Shown piece after piece: positions 38,422-50,383 of a DNA stretch of 64,000 bases (positions are counted from its first letter, which is position 1; each line of letters begins with the position of its first letter). Below the pieces are notes generated by a model that ran no database searches, had not been told where the DNA came from, and saw only the letters and a program-made list of their open reading frames with translations. The stretch covers positions 70,270 through 134,269 of the forward strand of contig SCUM01000002.1 of the NCBI GenBank assembly GCA_004297215.1. Direction: 5' to 3'. The stretch is from Patescibacteria group bacterium. Its GTDB lineage: Bacteria; Patescibacteriota; Patescibacteriia; UBA9934; GWF2-40-263. Both the position numbers and the translations under genes were made by a program.

Positions 38422-39723
38422 ATGCCAACCAGACTGAAACGCAAGCCAACCGCCGCCGAGGGGGATTCCGACGCGTCTTTCGAGTCCGTCGTGAAGGAGT
38501 CCGTCAAGCAATCGCAGCGCCTGCCGGACCTCAAGGGCCTGGAACGTTTGGCGTCGGCCTCGGCGCGCGACCTGGTGGACGGCATGGTGGCGTACGCCTA
38601 CCGTTCCGGTACCTCCGACATCCATGTGGACCCGTCCGAGACCACCGTGGTCATCCGCTTCCGCATCGACGGGATCCTCCACGACGCGCTCGCGATCCCG
38701 AAGAAGATGCACGCCATGGTGGTGACCCGCATCAAGGTGATGTCCGAGCTGCGCACCGACGAACACCAGACCCCGCAGGACGGGCGCTTCCGCGTGATCA
38801 TGGAATCGACCCCGGTGGACCTGCGCGTGTCCATCGTCCCCACCTTCTACGGCGAGAACGTGGTGATGCGCCTCCTCGTGGGCCAAGCTCGCGCGCTCGC
38901 GCTCGAGGAGCTCGGGTTCGGCGCGGCCGACCTCCCCAAGATCGAGGACAACATGCGGAAGTCGTACGGGATGATCCTCGCCACCGGCCCGACCGGATCG
39001 GGCAAGACCACCACCTTATATTCCATCCTGCGGATGCTCAACGCCCGCGAGCGCTCCATCATCACCATCGAGGACCCCATCGAGTACGCCATTCCCGGCC
39101 TCACGCAGATCCAGGCCAACCCGCAGGCCAACCTCACCTTCGCCAACGGGCTGCGGTCCATCGTGCGCCAGGACCCCAACATCATCATGGTGGGCGAGAT
39201 CCGCGACGAGGAGACCGCCGGCATCGCCACCAACGCGGCCATGACCGGCCACCTCCTGCTCTCCACGCTGCACACCAACGACGCGGCGGTCACCCTCCCG
39301 CGCCTGCTCGACATGGGGATCGAGCCGTTCCTCATCGCTTCCACCGTGAACATCGCCATCGGGCAGCGCCTCATCCGCCGCCTGTGCCCGGGGTGCGCCA
39401 CCACGCGCAAGCTCACGGCGCTCGAGCGCCAGAGCCTCAAGGGGCTGGTGCCCGCCGACGTGCTTTCCGAGTTCAAGGAGTTCGCCGAGCCCAAGGGCTG
39501 CGAGAAATGCAACAAGACCGGGTACGCCGGCCGTATCGGCATCTACGAGGTGCTCGAGGTCACCGAGCGGGTGCGTCACGCCATCATGCGCCGCGAGAAC
39601 GCGGACGGCATCCGCAAGGTGGCCATGGACGAGGGGATGACCACCATGCTCGCCGACGGCCTGCGCAAGGCCGGCACCGGCGCCACCTCCATCGCCGAGG
39701 TGCTGCGCGTGATCCACGAATAA
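38422..39723 (+). CDS. pilB: Type IV pilus assembly ATPase PilB/GspE family (short form)
   Basis: Walker A GPTGSGKTT, the Asp box, Walker B, His box, and a tetracysteine motif CPGC...CEKC. The start was trimmed to MPTRL (atg at 38422-38424). Confidence 0.9.
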   Translation: MPTRLKRKPTAAEGDSDASFESVVKESVKQSQRLPDLKGLERLASASARDLVDGMVAYAYRSGTSDIHVDPSETTVVIRFRIDGILHDALAIPKKMHAMVVTRIKVMSELRTDEHQTPQDGRFRVIMESTPVDLRVSIVPTFYGENVVMRLLVGQARALALEELGFGAADLPKIEDNMRKSYGMILATGPTGSGKTTTLYSILRMLNARERSIITIEDPIEYAIPGLTQIQANPQANLTFANGLRSIVRQDPNIIMVGEIRDEETAGIATNAAMTGHLLLSTLHTNDAAVTLPRLLDMGIEPFLIASTVNIAIGQRLIRRLCPGCATTRKLTALERQSLKGLVPADVLSEFKEFAEPKGCEKCNKTGYAGRIGIYEVLEVTERVRHAIMRRENADGIRKVAMDEGMTTMLADGLRKAGTGATSIAEVLRVIHE

Positions 39724-39726
39724 GCT

Positions 39727-40860
39727 ATGGCCGTTGGGAGAAAAAAGCGGCTGGACGTGGACCTCAGGGAAGAGCCGGGGCATTGGAGCACCCGGATGCC
39801 GCTGTTCGCGCGGCTGTCCGTGAAGGACAAGATCTCCTTCTTCAAGTACCTGGCCGTGATGACCGAGGCCGGGATCCCGCTCGAGAAGGCGCTCATCGCC
39901 ATCCACAACCAGGCGCGCAACGTGGTGATGCACCGCGTGCTGCACATCCTGCTCAACGACGTGGCCTCCGGCGAGTTCCTGTCCATGAGCCTGCGCAAGA
40001 TGCCAAAGATCTTCGAGCCGCTGCACACCGGGCTCGTGGAGGTGGGCGAGAACTCCGGCACGCTCCCCGGCTCGCTCTACCGCATCGCCGAGCAGCTGGA
40101 AAAAAGCAACGACCTCAAGGGCAAGGTGCGTTCCGCCATGCTCTATCCGGTCATCGTCCTGTTGGTCACCGGCGCGGTGGGCGCGTACCTGGTGTTCTTC
40201 CTGCTCCCGCAGATCACCCCGCTGTTCGCCTCGCTCGACGTGGAGCTCCCCTTCGCCACGCGCGCCGTGCTGTACCTGTCCGCCTTCGCGCTGGAGAACG
40301 CCATCCTCCTCTCGGCCCTTGCCGTGGCGTTCGCCGTGGGCTGCGCGCTGCTGCTGCGCGTGCGCTCCGTGCGCCGGGCCGCGGACCGCGCGCTCTTGCT
40401 CGTGCCGGTGCTCGGGCTCCTGATCAAGCGCGTGCAGATCACCCAGTTCGCGAGCGTCACCGGCACGCTCACCAAGTCCGGCATCACCATCGTGGAGGCG
40501 TTCCGCATCGCGAGCTCCACCATGACCAACCTCACGTACCAGGACGCGCTCGCGCGCATCTCCGACGGCCTCCAGGAAGGGGCCAGCATCGGCACCTACC
40601 TCGCCAAGCACCGGGAGCTGTTCCCGCCGTTCGTGACCCAGATGATCAGCGTGGGCGAGGAGACCGGCAAGCTCGACGACAGCTTCCTGTTCATCGCGCA
40701 GTTCTCCGAGAAGGAGGTGGACGAGCAGGTGAAGGCGCTCACCACCGTGCTCGAGCCCCTGCTCATGGTGGTGATCGGCGCCGTGGTGGGGTTCATCGCC
40801 GTGGCCATCATCTCCCCCATCTACGAGATCACCAAAGGCGTGCAGCCGGGCTCGGTATAG
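39727..40860 (+). CDS. pilC: Type IV pilus platform protein PilC (GspF family)
   Basis: Two T2SSF-like repeats and three TM segments. Confidence 0.9.
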   Translation: MAVGRKKRLDVDLREEPGHWSTRMPLFARLSVKDKISFFKYLAVMTEAGIPLEKALIAIHNQARNVVMHRVLHILLNDVASGEFLSMSLRKMPKIFEPLHTGLVEVGENSGTLPGSLYRIAEQLEKSNDLKGKVRSAMLYPVIVLLVTGAVGAYLVFFLLPQITPLFASLDVELPFATRAVLYLSAFALENAILLSALAVAFAVGCALLLRVRSVRRAADRALLLVPVLGLLIKRVQITQFASVTGTLTKSGITIVEAFRIASSTMTNLTYQDALARISDGLQEGASIGTYLAKHRELFPPFVTQMISVGEETGKLDDSFLFIAQFSEKEVDEQVKALTTVLEPLLMVVIGAVVGFIAVAIISPIYEITKGVQPGSV

Positions 40861-40861
40861 T

Positions 40862-41311
40862 ATGCCGAAGGGATTCAGCCTGGTGGAGACGATGATCACG
40901 GTCGCCCTGCTGCTTGCGCTCGTGGGCGGCGGCGGGATCCTTTCCGCGCGCTATCTGCGCGGGCGGTACGTGCGCGCGAGCGCCGAGACGCTCCTCTCCG
41001 AGCTGCGCGCGGCCCAGGGCGAGGCACGCGCCCAGCTGGGCGACGCCGCGCACGGGGTGAAGGCGTTCCCGGACCGCGTGGTGCGCTTCACGGGCGACTC
41101 CTACGCCGCGCGCGCGAGCGCGAGCGATGTCACCACCGCCTTGCCTGCCGCGATCGCGATCGAAGGCGCGGACGAGGCCGTCTTCCCCAAAGGCGGCGTC
41201 GCGCCCGCCTCCCCCGCCACCTTCACCTTCTCCGACCCGCATCTGACCGTCGACGTCGCCGTTTCCGCCTATGGACTCATCACGCTCACGCCGCGGCCAA
41301 TCAGCGATTGA
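40862..41311 (+). CDS. Pseudopilin / minor pilin (prepilin-type N-terminus)
   Basis: MPKG|FSLVETMITVALLLALV has Glu at +5. Confidence 0.75.
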   Translation: MPKGFSLVETMITVALLLALVGGGGILSARYLRGRYVRASAETLLSELRAAQGEARAQLGDAAHGVKAFPDRVVRFTGDSYAARASASDVTTALPAAIAIEGADEAVFPKGGVAPASPATFTFSDPHLTVDVAVSAYGLITLTPRPISD

Positions 41312-42701
41312 GGTGTTGGTGGCCCTCGCCTTGCTGGGCATCTTCGCCACGGCGAGCGCCGTGCTGCTTTCGACCGCCGCGTTCGAGAGCCGCGTCGCGG
41401 GGATGCGCGCGCGCGCGAACGCGCTCCTGCAGGAAGGGTTCGAGGCCGCGCGCCAGGTCCGCGACCAGGATTTCGACCTGCTTGCCGACGGCCCGCACGG
41501 GCTCGCGCTTTCCATGGGGATCTGGTCGTTCGCGGGCACGGAAGACGTGACCGACGGCCGCTTCCACCGCGCCGTGACGGTCGCCGACGCCGGAGCGGGC
41601 ATGAAGGACGTCACCGTGTCCGTATCCTGGACGCCCGTCTCCGGCCGCCCTCTTTCGCTCTCCGGCGTGACGCGCCTCACGGACTGGCGGCTCGCCGACA
41701 CGCCAACGGGCAGCAACTGCTACGATACGCTCGCCACCGGCGACTGGACGCATCCGGTCTCGATCGGGAGCGCGGACCTGGGTCCGGGCAACGCCGGGAC
41801 GGACGTGGTGGTGCGCTACCCGTACGCGTTCGTGAGCGGCGTGGCGTCGAGCGCGAACAAGCCCGACCTGTTCGTCTACGACGTGTCGAACCCGGCCTCT
41901 CCCCAGCTCATCAAGTCCCTCGACATCGGCTCGGACGGGATCAACGCCCTCTCGCTCTCCGGCGATTCCCTCTACGCCGCATCCAGCAACGACGCCAAGG
42001 AGCTGATGGTGTTCGATACCGCGACGCCAGCCACGACCGCGCTCATCGCCACGCTCAACCTTTCCGGCGACGCCGACGCCATCACCGTGCACGCGGTAGG
42101 CGACCTCCTGGTCGTGGGCCGTGCCTTGAGCTCCGCCTCCGAGGTGGTGTTCTACGACGTGGCGAACCCGGCCTCCCCGTCGGGCCTCGCGTCGTTCCAG
42201 GTGGCCGACGCGGTGAACGACTTCGCCAACAGCGAACAGTACCTGTTCGCCGTGAGCGACTCCGAAACCGAGGACGTGACCGTGTTCGACATCACGGACC
42301 CGCTCGTGCCGGCCTGGGCCGCCACCTACGACCTCCCGGACGGCAGCCCGGACTTCAGCGTGGCCTACGAACCGCCCGGCACCCTGTTCATCGGCAACGC
42401 GGCGAGCCAATTCGTCACCGTGGACGCCTCCGACCCGCTCGCCATGCAGATGCTCTCGGCCACCGGCACCGGCGGCGAAGTGCGCGACATGGCCTGCCTG
42501 ACCGGGAACCTCCTGTTCATCGGCACCAACAACTCCACGCAGGAGTTCATGATCCTCGACATCGAGGACCTGGAGGCGATCGGGCAGTATTCCAACCTCA
42601 ACTTCCCGCAGGTGGCAACGGGCGTGGACATCGCCAACGGCCTCGTATACGTGGCCGTGCGCAGCAACGACGCGCTGCGCATCATCGGCCCCGGGCCCTG
42701 A
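41271..42701 (+). CDS. Minor pilin with C-terminal LVIVD-repeat (beta-propeller) domain
   Basis: N-terminus ...RRG|QSAIEVLVALALLGIF has Glu+5. This is followed by five or more repeats of the form (L/F)hVhDhsNPasP (LFVYDVSNPASP, LMVFDTATPATT, VVFYDVANPASP, VTVFDITDPLVP, FMILDIEDLEAI). The ATG start overlaps the preceding gene by 41 nt, so an alternative start is possible. Confidence 0.7.
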   Translation: MDSSRSRRGQSAIEVLVALALLGIFATASAVLLSTAAFESRVAGMRARANALLQEGFEAARQVRDQDFDLLADGPHGLALSMGIWSFAGTEDVTDGRFHRAVTVADAGAGMKDVTVSVSWTPVSGRPLSLSGVTRLTDWRLADTPTGSNCYDTLATGDWTHPVSIGSADLGPGNAGTDVVVRYPYAFVSGVASSANKPDLFVYDVSNPASPQLIKSLDIGSDGINALSLSGDSLYAASSNDAKELMVFDTATPATTALIATLNLSGDADAITVHAVGDLLVVGRALSSASEVVFYDVANPASPSGLASFQVADAVNDFANSEQYLFAVSDSETEDVTVFDITDPLVPAWAATYDLPDGSPDFSVAYEPPGTLFIGNAASQFVTVDASDPLAMQMLSATGTGGEVRDMACLTGNLLFIGTNNSTQEFMILDIEDLEAIGQYSNLNFPQVATGVDIANGLVYVAVRSNDALRIIGPGP

Positions 42702-42702
42702 T

Positions 42703-43197
42703 ATGAAGGCCTCCACGAAAAACGGGGGGTATTCCCTCATCGGCGTCCTCCTCTACGTGGCCATCGCCTCGGCTTCGCTGTTCGCGCTCGCGAGCCTGTT
42801 CCGATCCGGGCTTGAGACCAGCCAAGACGTGCGGGGCGCGCTCGACCTGCGCGAGGCCATGTCGTTCGCGCTCGACCGCGTGCAGGAACGCCTCGAAGAG
42901 GCGGGTGCCGTCACCACGCCGGGCAGCGGCACGAGCGAGACCCTTTCCATGGACGCCCCGGATCCCTCCGACGCGCCCGTGACCTTCTTCGTCTCCGCCG
43001 GGCGGCTCATGCTGCAGCTGGGCGCGCAGGAAGCGCAGCCGGTGACCCCGGAGGACGTCACGGTCACGGCGTTCACGGCCGAACGCCTGGCCGGATCGCC
43101 CGCGTCCGTACGCGTCACCCTCTCGCTCTCGCGAGGGGCAATCCCGATCCCCGCCGCGCTCACCTCTTCGGTCATCGTCACCTTGCGCTATGACTAG
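42703..43197 (+). CDS. Minor pilin-like protein (hydrophobic N-terminal helix, no Glu+5)
   Basis: KNGG|YSLIGVLLYVAIASASLF has a pilin-like helix but a non-canonical motif. Confidence 0.5.
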   Translation: MKASTKNGGYSLIGVLLYVAIASASLFALASLFRSGLETSQDVRGALDLREAMSFALDRVQERLEEAGAVTTPGSGTSETLSMDAPDPSDAPVTFFVSAGRLMLQLGAQEAQPVTPEDVTVTAFTAERLAGSPASVRVTLSLSRGAIPIPAALTSSVIVTLRYD

Positions 43198-43579
43198 GCA
43201 GGACGGCTACGTGATGCTCATGAACGTGCTCGTGGTGTCGGTCACGCTCATCACCGTGTCCGCGGCCGTGGCGCTCGCGCTCGCGCGCGGCGGCACCCGC
43301 GGCCCCGTGACCGAACGCTCGCGCGCGGCGCAACGCCTGGCCGAGGCGTGCGCCGAAGTGGCGCTCTACGAGCTCCAACAGAGCCCTTCCTACGCCGGGA
43401 ACGAGACCGTGACGATCGGCGGGCTCCCCTGCACGATCCGGCCTGTCATCGCCGGGCCGCCCTTGCGCCTGCAGGCGGAGGCGACCGCCGACCAGGAAAC
43501 CTACCGCATCGAGATCCAGGTCGACGACCCGCAGGGCGTGGGCATCGGGTCGTGGAAACGCGTCGCGACCTTCGACTGA
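43190..43579 (+). CDS. Minor pilin-like / PilX-like protein
   Basis: The N-terminal hydrophobic helix MLMNVLVVSVTLITVSAAVALALA follows a QDG|Y site. The call rests mainly on context within the pilus cluster. Confidence 0.45.
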   Translation: MTRQDGYVMLMNVLVVSVTLITVSAAVALALARGGTRGPVTERSRAAQRLAEACAEVALYELQQSPSYAGNETVTIGGLPCTIRPVIAGPPLRLQAEATADQETYRIEIQVDDPQGVGIGSWKRVATFD

Positions 43580-43619
43580 AGACTCCCGCCCTCTTGGGCG
43601 GGAGTCTTTCCCTTGGGAT

Positions 43620-44663
43620 TCAGCGCCGGCGGCGCGTCCGGTCGCCCGTCCCGAGGTACGGCGCGACGGCTTCCTCCTCCACGAGCCCCTCGTCCACGAG
43701 GTCTCCGAGCGCCTTTTCCATGGAAATCATCCCGTCCGCGCGGCCGGTCTGGATGGCCGAGGCGATCTGCTCGACCTTGTTCTCCCTGATGAGGTTGCTT
43801 ACGGCCGCATTGTTGACCAGGATCTCGCGCGCGGCCACGAGCCCGCCCTTCTTGGCCGGCAACAGCGTCTGGGCCACCACGGCGCGCAAGGAGAGCGAAA
43901 GCTGCTGGCGCACCTGTTCCTGCTGCGGGCCGGAAAAGCTGTCCACGATGCGATGGACGGCCTGCGCCGCCGACGAGGTGTGCAGCGTGGAGAAGACGAG
44001 GTGCCCGGTCTCGGCCAACGTGAGCGCCGCGGCGATCGTCTCGGGATCGCGCATCTCGCCCACCATGATCACGTCCGGATCCTGGCGTAAGGCGCGCCGG
44101 AGCGCCTCGGCGAAGCTCGCGGTGTCGGTCCCCACCTCACGCTGCTTCACGAGCCCTTTCCCCTGCGGGAAGACGTATTCGATCGGGTCCTCCAGCGTGA
44201 CGATGTGGCCCCCGCGGCGCTCGTTGATGTCCTGCAGCATGGAGGCGAGCGTGGTGGACTTGCCCGTGCCGGCCGGCCCCGTGATGATGACCAGCCCGTT
44301 GGGAAGGTCCGTGAACGCCTGGATGCTCTCGGGCAATCCCAGCTCCTCGTAGCTCGGGATCTCGTGTGGGATGAGCCGCGCGGCGAAGGCCGGACGCCCC
44401 TGCTCCACGTGCAGGTTCACGCGGAAGCGCGCCTGCGCGGTGTCAAACGCGAAATCCTCCTCGTGGGAGGCCGTGAACCGCTTCCAATGCGCCTCGCCCG
44501 CGATCTCGCGCGCGAGCGTCTCCACCGCCTTGCCCGTGAGCTCCGGAGCCTTGAGCGGCACCAATTCCCCGTCCACGCGCAACATCGGCGGGTGCCCCGC
44601 CGCAAGATGCACGTCCGACGCTTTCCGCTTGACCGCCTCCTTGAGGAGAGCCTCCATCCCCAT
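43620..44663 (-). CDS. pilT: Twitching motility ATPase PilT
   Basis: 347 aa with GPAGTGKSTTLASM Walker A and the PilT-type AIRNLIRE-like motif (AVSNLIRENK). Confidence 0.92.
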   Translation of the reverse strand: MGMEALLKEAVKRKASDVHLAAGHPPMLRVDGELVPLKAPELTGKAVETLAREIAGEAHWKRFTASHEEDFAFDTAQARFRVNLHVEQGRPAFAARLIPHEIPSYEELGLPESIQAFTDLPNGLVIITGPAGTGKSTTLASMLQDINERRGGHIVTLEDPIEYVFPQGKGLVKQREVGTDTASFAEALRRALRQDPDVIMVGEMRDPETIAAALTLAETGHLVFSTLHTSSAAQAVHRIVDSFSGPQQEQVRQQLSLSLRAVVAQTLLPAKKGGLVAAREILVNNAAVSNLIRENKVEQIASAIQTGRADGMISMEKALGDLVDEGLVEEEAVAPYLGTGDRTRRRR

Positions 44664-44675
44664 ATCGGTCCCATC

Positions 44676-45365
44676 TTACCACCCTTTCGCCTTGATGGCC
44701 GCCTCGGCCGCGGCGACTTGGGCTTCTTGCTTGCTCGTGCCCATGCCGGAGGCGATCAGGTCTTTCCCCACGAACACGCCCACCTCGAAGTTCTTGGCGT
44801 GGTCGGGTCCCGCCTCGGAAATCACCTTATAGTTGGGCGTGACGCCCAGCTTTTCCTGCGCGGCCTCCTGGAACCGGCTCTTGGGGTCGACGTACAGGCG
44901 GTGCTCCAGGATGTTGGGGAGCTCGGAAAGCACCGTCTTGGTGACGAACGTCTTGGCCGACTCCCAGCCATGGTCGAGGTAGATGGCGCCGATGAGCGCC
45001 TCGAAGGCGTTCGCCAGGATGTAGCGCCGCGCCTTGCTGCCCGCGTCCTTGCTTTCGCCGCGCGAGAGGAACAGGTGCTCCTCCACGCCCAGGCGCGCGC
45101 AAATGCCGGAAAGCATGTCGGCGTTCACGAGCGCCGCGCGCCAGTTGGTGAGCTCCCCTTCGGGGTTCTCGTAATTGGCGTACAGGTATTCCGTGACGAC
45201 CAGCTCGAGCACGGCATCGCCCAAGAACTCCAGGCGTTCGTTCTGCCCGATCGGGAAATCCGGATGCTCGTTCAGGTAACTGCGGTGAACCAGCGCTTGG
45301 CGCAACGTGTCCTTGTCCTTGAACGTCACGCCCAAGGCTCGTTCGAGCTTTTCAAGTTCAGCCAT
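44676..45365 (-). CDS. rnc: Ribonuclease III
   Basis: The ERLEFLGDAVLELVV signature and a C-terminal dsRBD. The start was trimmed to MAELEK ('cat' at 45363-45365). Confidence 0.92.
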   Translation of the reverse strand: MAELEKLERALGVTFKDKDTLRQALVHRSYLNEHPDFPIGQNERLEFLGDAVLELVVTEYLYANYENPEGELTNWRAALVNADMLSGICARLGVEEHLFLSRGESKDAGSKARRYILANAFEALIGAIYLDHGWESAKTFVTKTVLSELPNILEHRLYVDPKSRFQEAAQEKLGVTPNYKVISEAGPDHAKNFEVGVFVGKDLIASGMGTSKQEAQVAAAEAAIKAKGW

Positions 45366-45384
45366 AGTCTCATCCAGTCGTCCA

Positions 45385-45888
45385 TTACTTTTCCTGACCA
45401 CCCGCCATAGCTCCATCAGGAGCGGCGGCGGGCTTCACCGGACTCGCCTTATCCACCTCCTTGATCTCCCCTTTGGCGATCATGTCCTTGTAGATCGCTC
45501 CGAGCACCCCGTTCACGAACCGTCCCGACGCTTCGCCGCCGAACCCCTTGGCAAGCTCGATCGCCTCGTTGATCGCCACCTTGCTCGGCACCGTCTTCGA
45601 GAACTTGAGCTCGTACACGCCTATGCGCAAGACGTTGCGGTCGACCACCGTGATGGTCTCCACCGGCCACTCCGGCGCGAAGGAAGTGATGATGCCGTCG
45701 ATGTCCGCGATGCGCGCGAGCACCCCTTCCACCAGTTCCCTGATGAACCCCTCGTCCTCGAAGTTGGGCGCGAACTCCCCCTTGCAGAACGCCATGATCT
45801 CCGGCACGCGTTCCATGGGCTTGCCGTTGAAATCCCACTGGTACAGGGTCTGCATGGCGATGGTCCGCGCGAGATGGCGATTGGACAT
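45385..45888 (-). CDS. nusB: Transcription antitermination factor NusB
   Basis: ...[14 protein letters not shown]... and ...[11 protein letters not shown]..., which is NusB-like. Confidence 0.88.
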   Translation of the reverse strand: MSNRHLARTIAMQTLYQWDFNGKPMERVPEIMAFCKGEFAPNFEDEGFIRELVEGVLARIADIDGIITSFAPEWPVETITVVDRNVLRIGVYELKFSKTVPSKVAINEAIELAKGFGGEASGRFVNGVLGAIYKDMIAKGEIKEVDKASPVKPAAAPDGAMAGGQEK

Positions 45889-45945
45889 AGGATGAGGGGA
45901 TTGTAACAGAAAGACGCTGATCCTGTCAGACCAGCGCCCTCTCCG

Positions 45946-46227
45946 TTACGTGTGATCGTGGCCTTCGTGCTCATCCTTGGCCTCGGCCTTGGCCGTCTTC
46001 TGGGCGGCCGGGGCGGCGGCGCGGGCCTTTTTGACGAGACGCTTTGCCGCGCGCGTCTTGTCGACGACGATGCGCCCGCCATAGCTGCCGCAGCCCTTGC
46101 AGGCGCGATGCGGGGCCACGGGCGCCTTGCAATTCGCACAGGTGGCAAGGGTCACCTTCTTCATCGCGAAATGCGCGGCGCGGCGGCGCTTATGCGATGA
46201 AGTCCGACGATGTCCAGGAAGGCCCAT
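45946..46227 (-). CDS. rpmF: 50S ribosomal protein L32
   Basis: RRTSSHKRRRAAHFA... with a CxxC...CxxC zinc ribbon (CANC...CKGC). Confidence 0.9.
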   Translation of the reverse strand: MGLPGHRRTSSHKRRRAAHFAMKKVTLATCANCKAPVAPHRACKGCGSYGGRIVVDKTRAAKRLVKKARAAAPAAQKTAKAEAKDEHEGHDHT

Positions 46228-46419
46228 AGGAAGGGAAAATCAATGCGCGGATGGTAACAAAGGCGTTCCCGTACGTCAACCCATCCTTTATAAAAACTTG
46301 AAAACTTGAAAACTTGAAGGACCAAAGGTCCATGAAAAGGACGAAGGGATAAAGGATGAAATATCAACCTTCATCCTTCAACCTTTCCGTCACCCTTTGG
46401 TTCTTCAAGATTTGGTTCT

Positions 46420-47433
46420 TCAAGTTTTCGTCTCAGACGGGGCCTTCCAGACCTCCCGGCAGAACGGCACCGGGTCGCTTCCCAAGGTCTCGATGCGCCG
46501 GGCGTTGCTTTCGAACAGCTTCATGTGGGTGGTGAGCCCGTGCAGCAGGTAATGCCGCTCGAGCCAGGTGGCGTGGAAGCAGTCGATCATGAACATGCGC
46601 ATCCCGTTCACGAACTCCTCGAAGGACATCGGGTATTTCGACCGGTACGCGGCGAGGAACAGCTGCGCGTGGCGGATGTTCCGTTCCTCCAACCCGTCGT
46701 CGCAGCAGTTGATGAGCACGCTGCGCGCGAGCTCGAACGCGCGCGGGCCGAAGCTGACGCGCTCGAAGTCGAACACCTGGCTCACGCGCCCGTCCGGGGC
46801 GAGGAACACGTTCGTGTAGATGAAATCGCCGTGCAGGAGATGGTAGGGGGACAGGGGAAAGTCCTGCGGGGTGAGCGTGTTGGTCGCGACGAACGCGGCT
46901 TTGCGTTCGAGCACGTCGGCCATGCGCCGCTCCACGCTCCCGAGCGGCTTGCGCCGGTTGAGCGCGTGCATGAGCTCGGCATACTCGAGCTCGAACGCGT
47001 CGCGGTCCCACATCCATCGCACCTGGAACGTCCGGCGCGCGACGTCGCGGCCGGAAAGGTGGATCTGCGCGAGCGTCTCCCCGAGCGACACGACGGTCGC
47101 GTCGCTCATGGTGGCGGGATCCGCCTTCGCCTCCTCGACGTAGGGGAACAGGCTGTACCAGTAGTTGTCGAACCAGAACGCCGTGCGCCCGAACGCGTCC
47201 TTTATGGGGAGCACGACCGGCACCCCGTGGCTCGAGAAATACCGCTCGGCGAACTTGATGTCCGGCACCCATTGGCGCAGGTGGTTCTGGTACTGCTTCA
47301 AAAAGAAACTTCCGGCGCTCGTTCGCAGCCGGAAGTTCTGGCACGTGTATCCGCCATGGACCGGTTCGCACGCAAGGACCGGCCCCAACGAGAACAGCTC
47401 ATGGAGCCGCTCAGAGAGTCCCTCCAGGCGCAT
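46420..47433 (-). CDS. Aminoglycoside phosphotransferase (APH)/choline-kinase-like family protein (second copy in window)
   Basis: The HLLHGDFIYTNVF catalytic loop (HGD) and a DFE motif. The start was trimmed to MRLEGL. Confidence 0.75.
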   Translation of the reverse strand: MRLEGLSERLHELFSLGPVLACEPVHGGYTCQNFRLRTSAGSFFLKQYQNHLRQWVPDIKFAERYFSSHGVPVVLPIKDAFGRTAFWFDNYWYSLFPYVEEAKADPATMSDATVVSLGETLAQIHLSGRDVARRTFQVRWMWDRDAFELEYAELMHALNRRKPLGSVERRMADVLERKAAFVATNTLTPQDFPLSPYHLLHGDFIYTNVFLAPDGRVSQVFDFERVSFGPRAFELARSVLINCCDDGLEERNIRHAQLFLAAYRSKYPMSFEEFVNGMRMFMIDCFHATWLERHYLLHGLTTHMKLFESNARRIETLGSDPVPFCREVWKAPSETKT

Positions 47434-47507
47434 TGGGGTTGATCCCGGCATACAGGTCGGGCCTGATGCAGCCATTAGGCCCGGCGTGCCCCGGACGTGT
47501 CAAGGGC

Positions 47508-49991
<2,484 letters not shown>

Positions 49992-49994
49992 AGC

Positions 49995-50381
49995 TTACGG
50001 GGTCGTCGTTGCGGGTGAATCATGCGTCGGTGCCGACGCGGCTTCCGCCGGGAGCGCCAAGGAATCCTTCATGGCTTGCGCCGCTTTCTGGAGGAGCGCG
50101 TCTTCCGGCGGAGGTTCCGTCGTCGCCGGCTCTGGCGCCGGAGCCGGCTTGAACGCCTGGCGCATCGCCTCGCGATCCGCGGCCGTCTTGTCGGCGATCT
50201 CCTGCGCCGCCCTAGAGGCCTGGACGAGCCCCTCCTGCGCCGCCGCGAACCCTTCCTGCAGCGAGCGCCCGACCGTCGCGACCCATCCCACGGCGATGGC
50301 CGCCGACACGAGCACGACGCAAGCCGCAATGATGCGGCGCGTCCTGGCAGGGATGGGGCGGACGTAGACGTGGTGAGGCAT
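49995..50381 (-). CDS. Hypothetical membrane-anchored protein (Ala/Pro-rich)
   Basis: One N-terminal TM helix. Its low-complexity tail lowers confidence. Confidence 0.4.
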   Translation of the reverse strand: MPHHVYVRPIPARTRRIIAACVVLVSAAIAVGWVATVGRSLQEGFAAAQEGLVQASRAAQEIADKTAADREAMRQAFKPAPAPEPATTEPPPEDALLQKAAQAMKDSLALPAEAASAPTHDSPATTTP

Positions 50382-50383
50382 AC

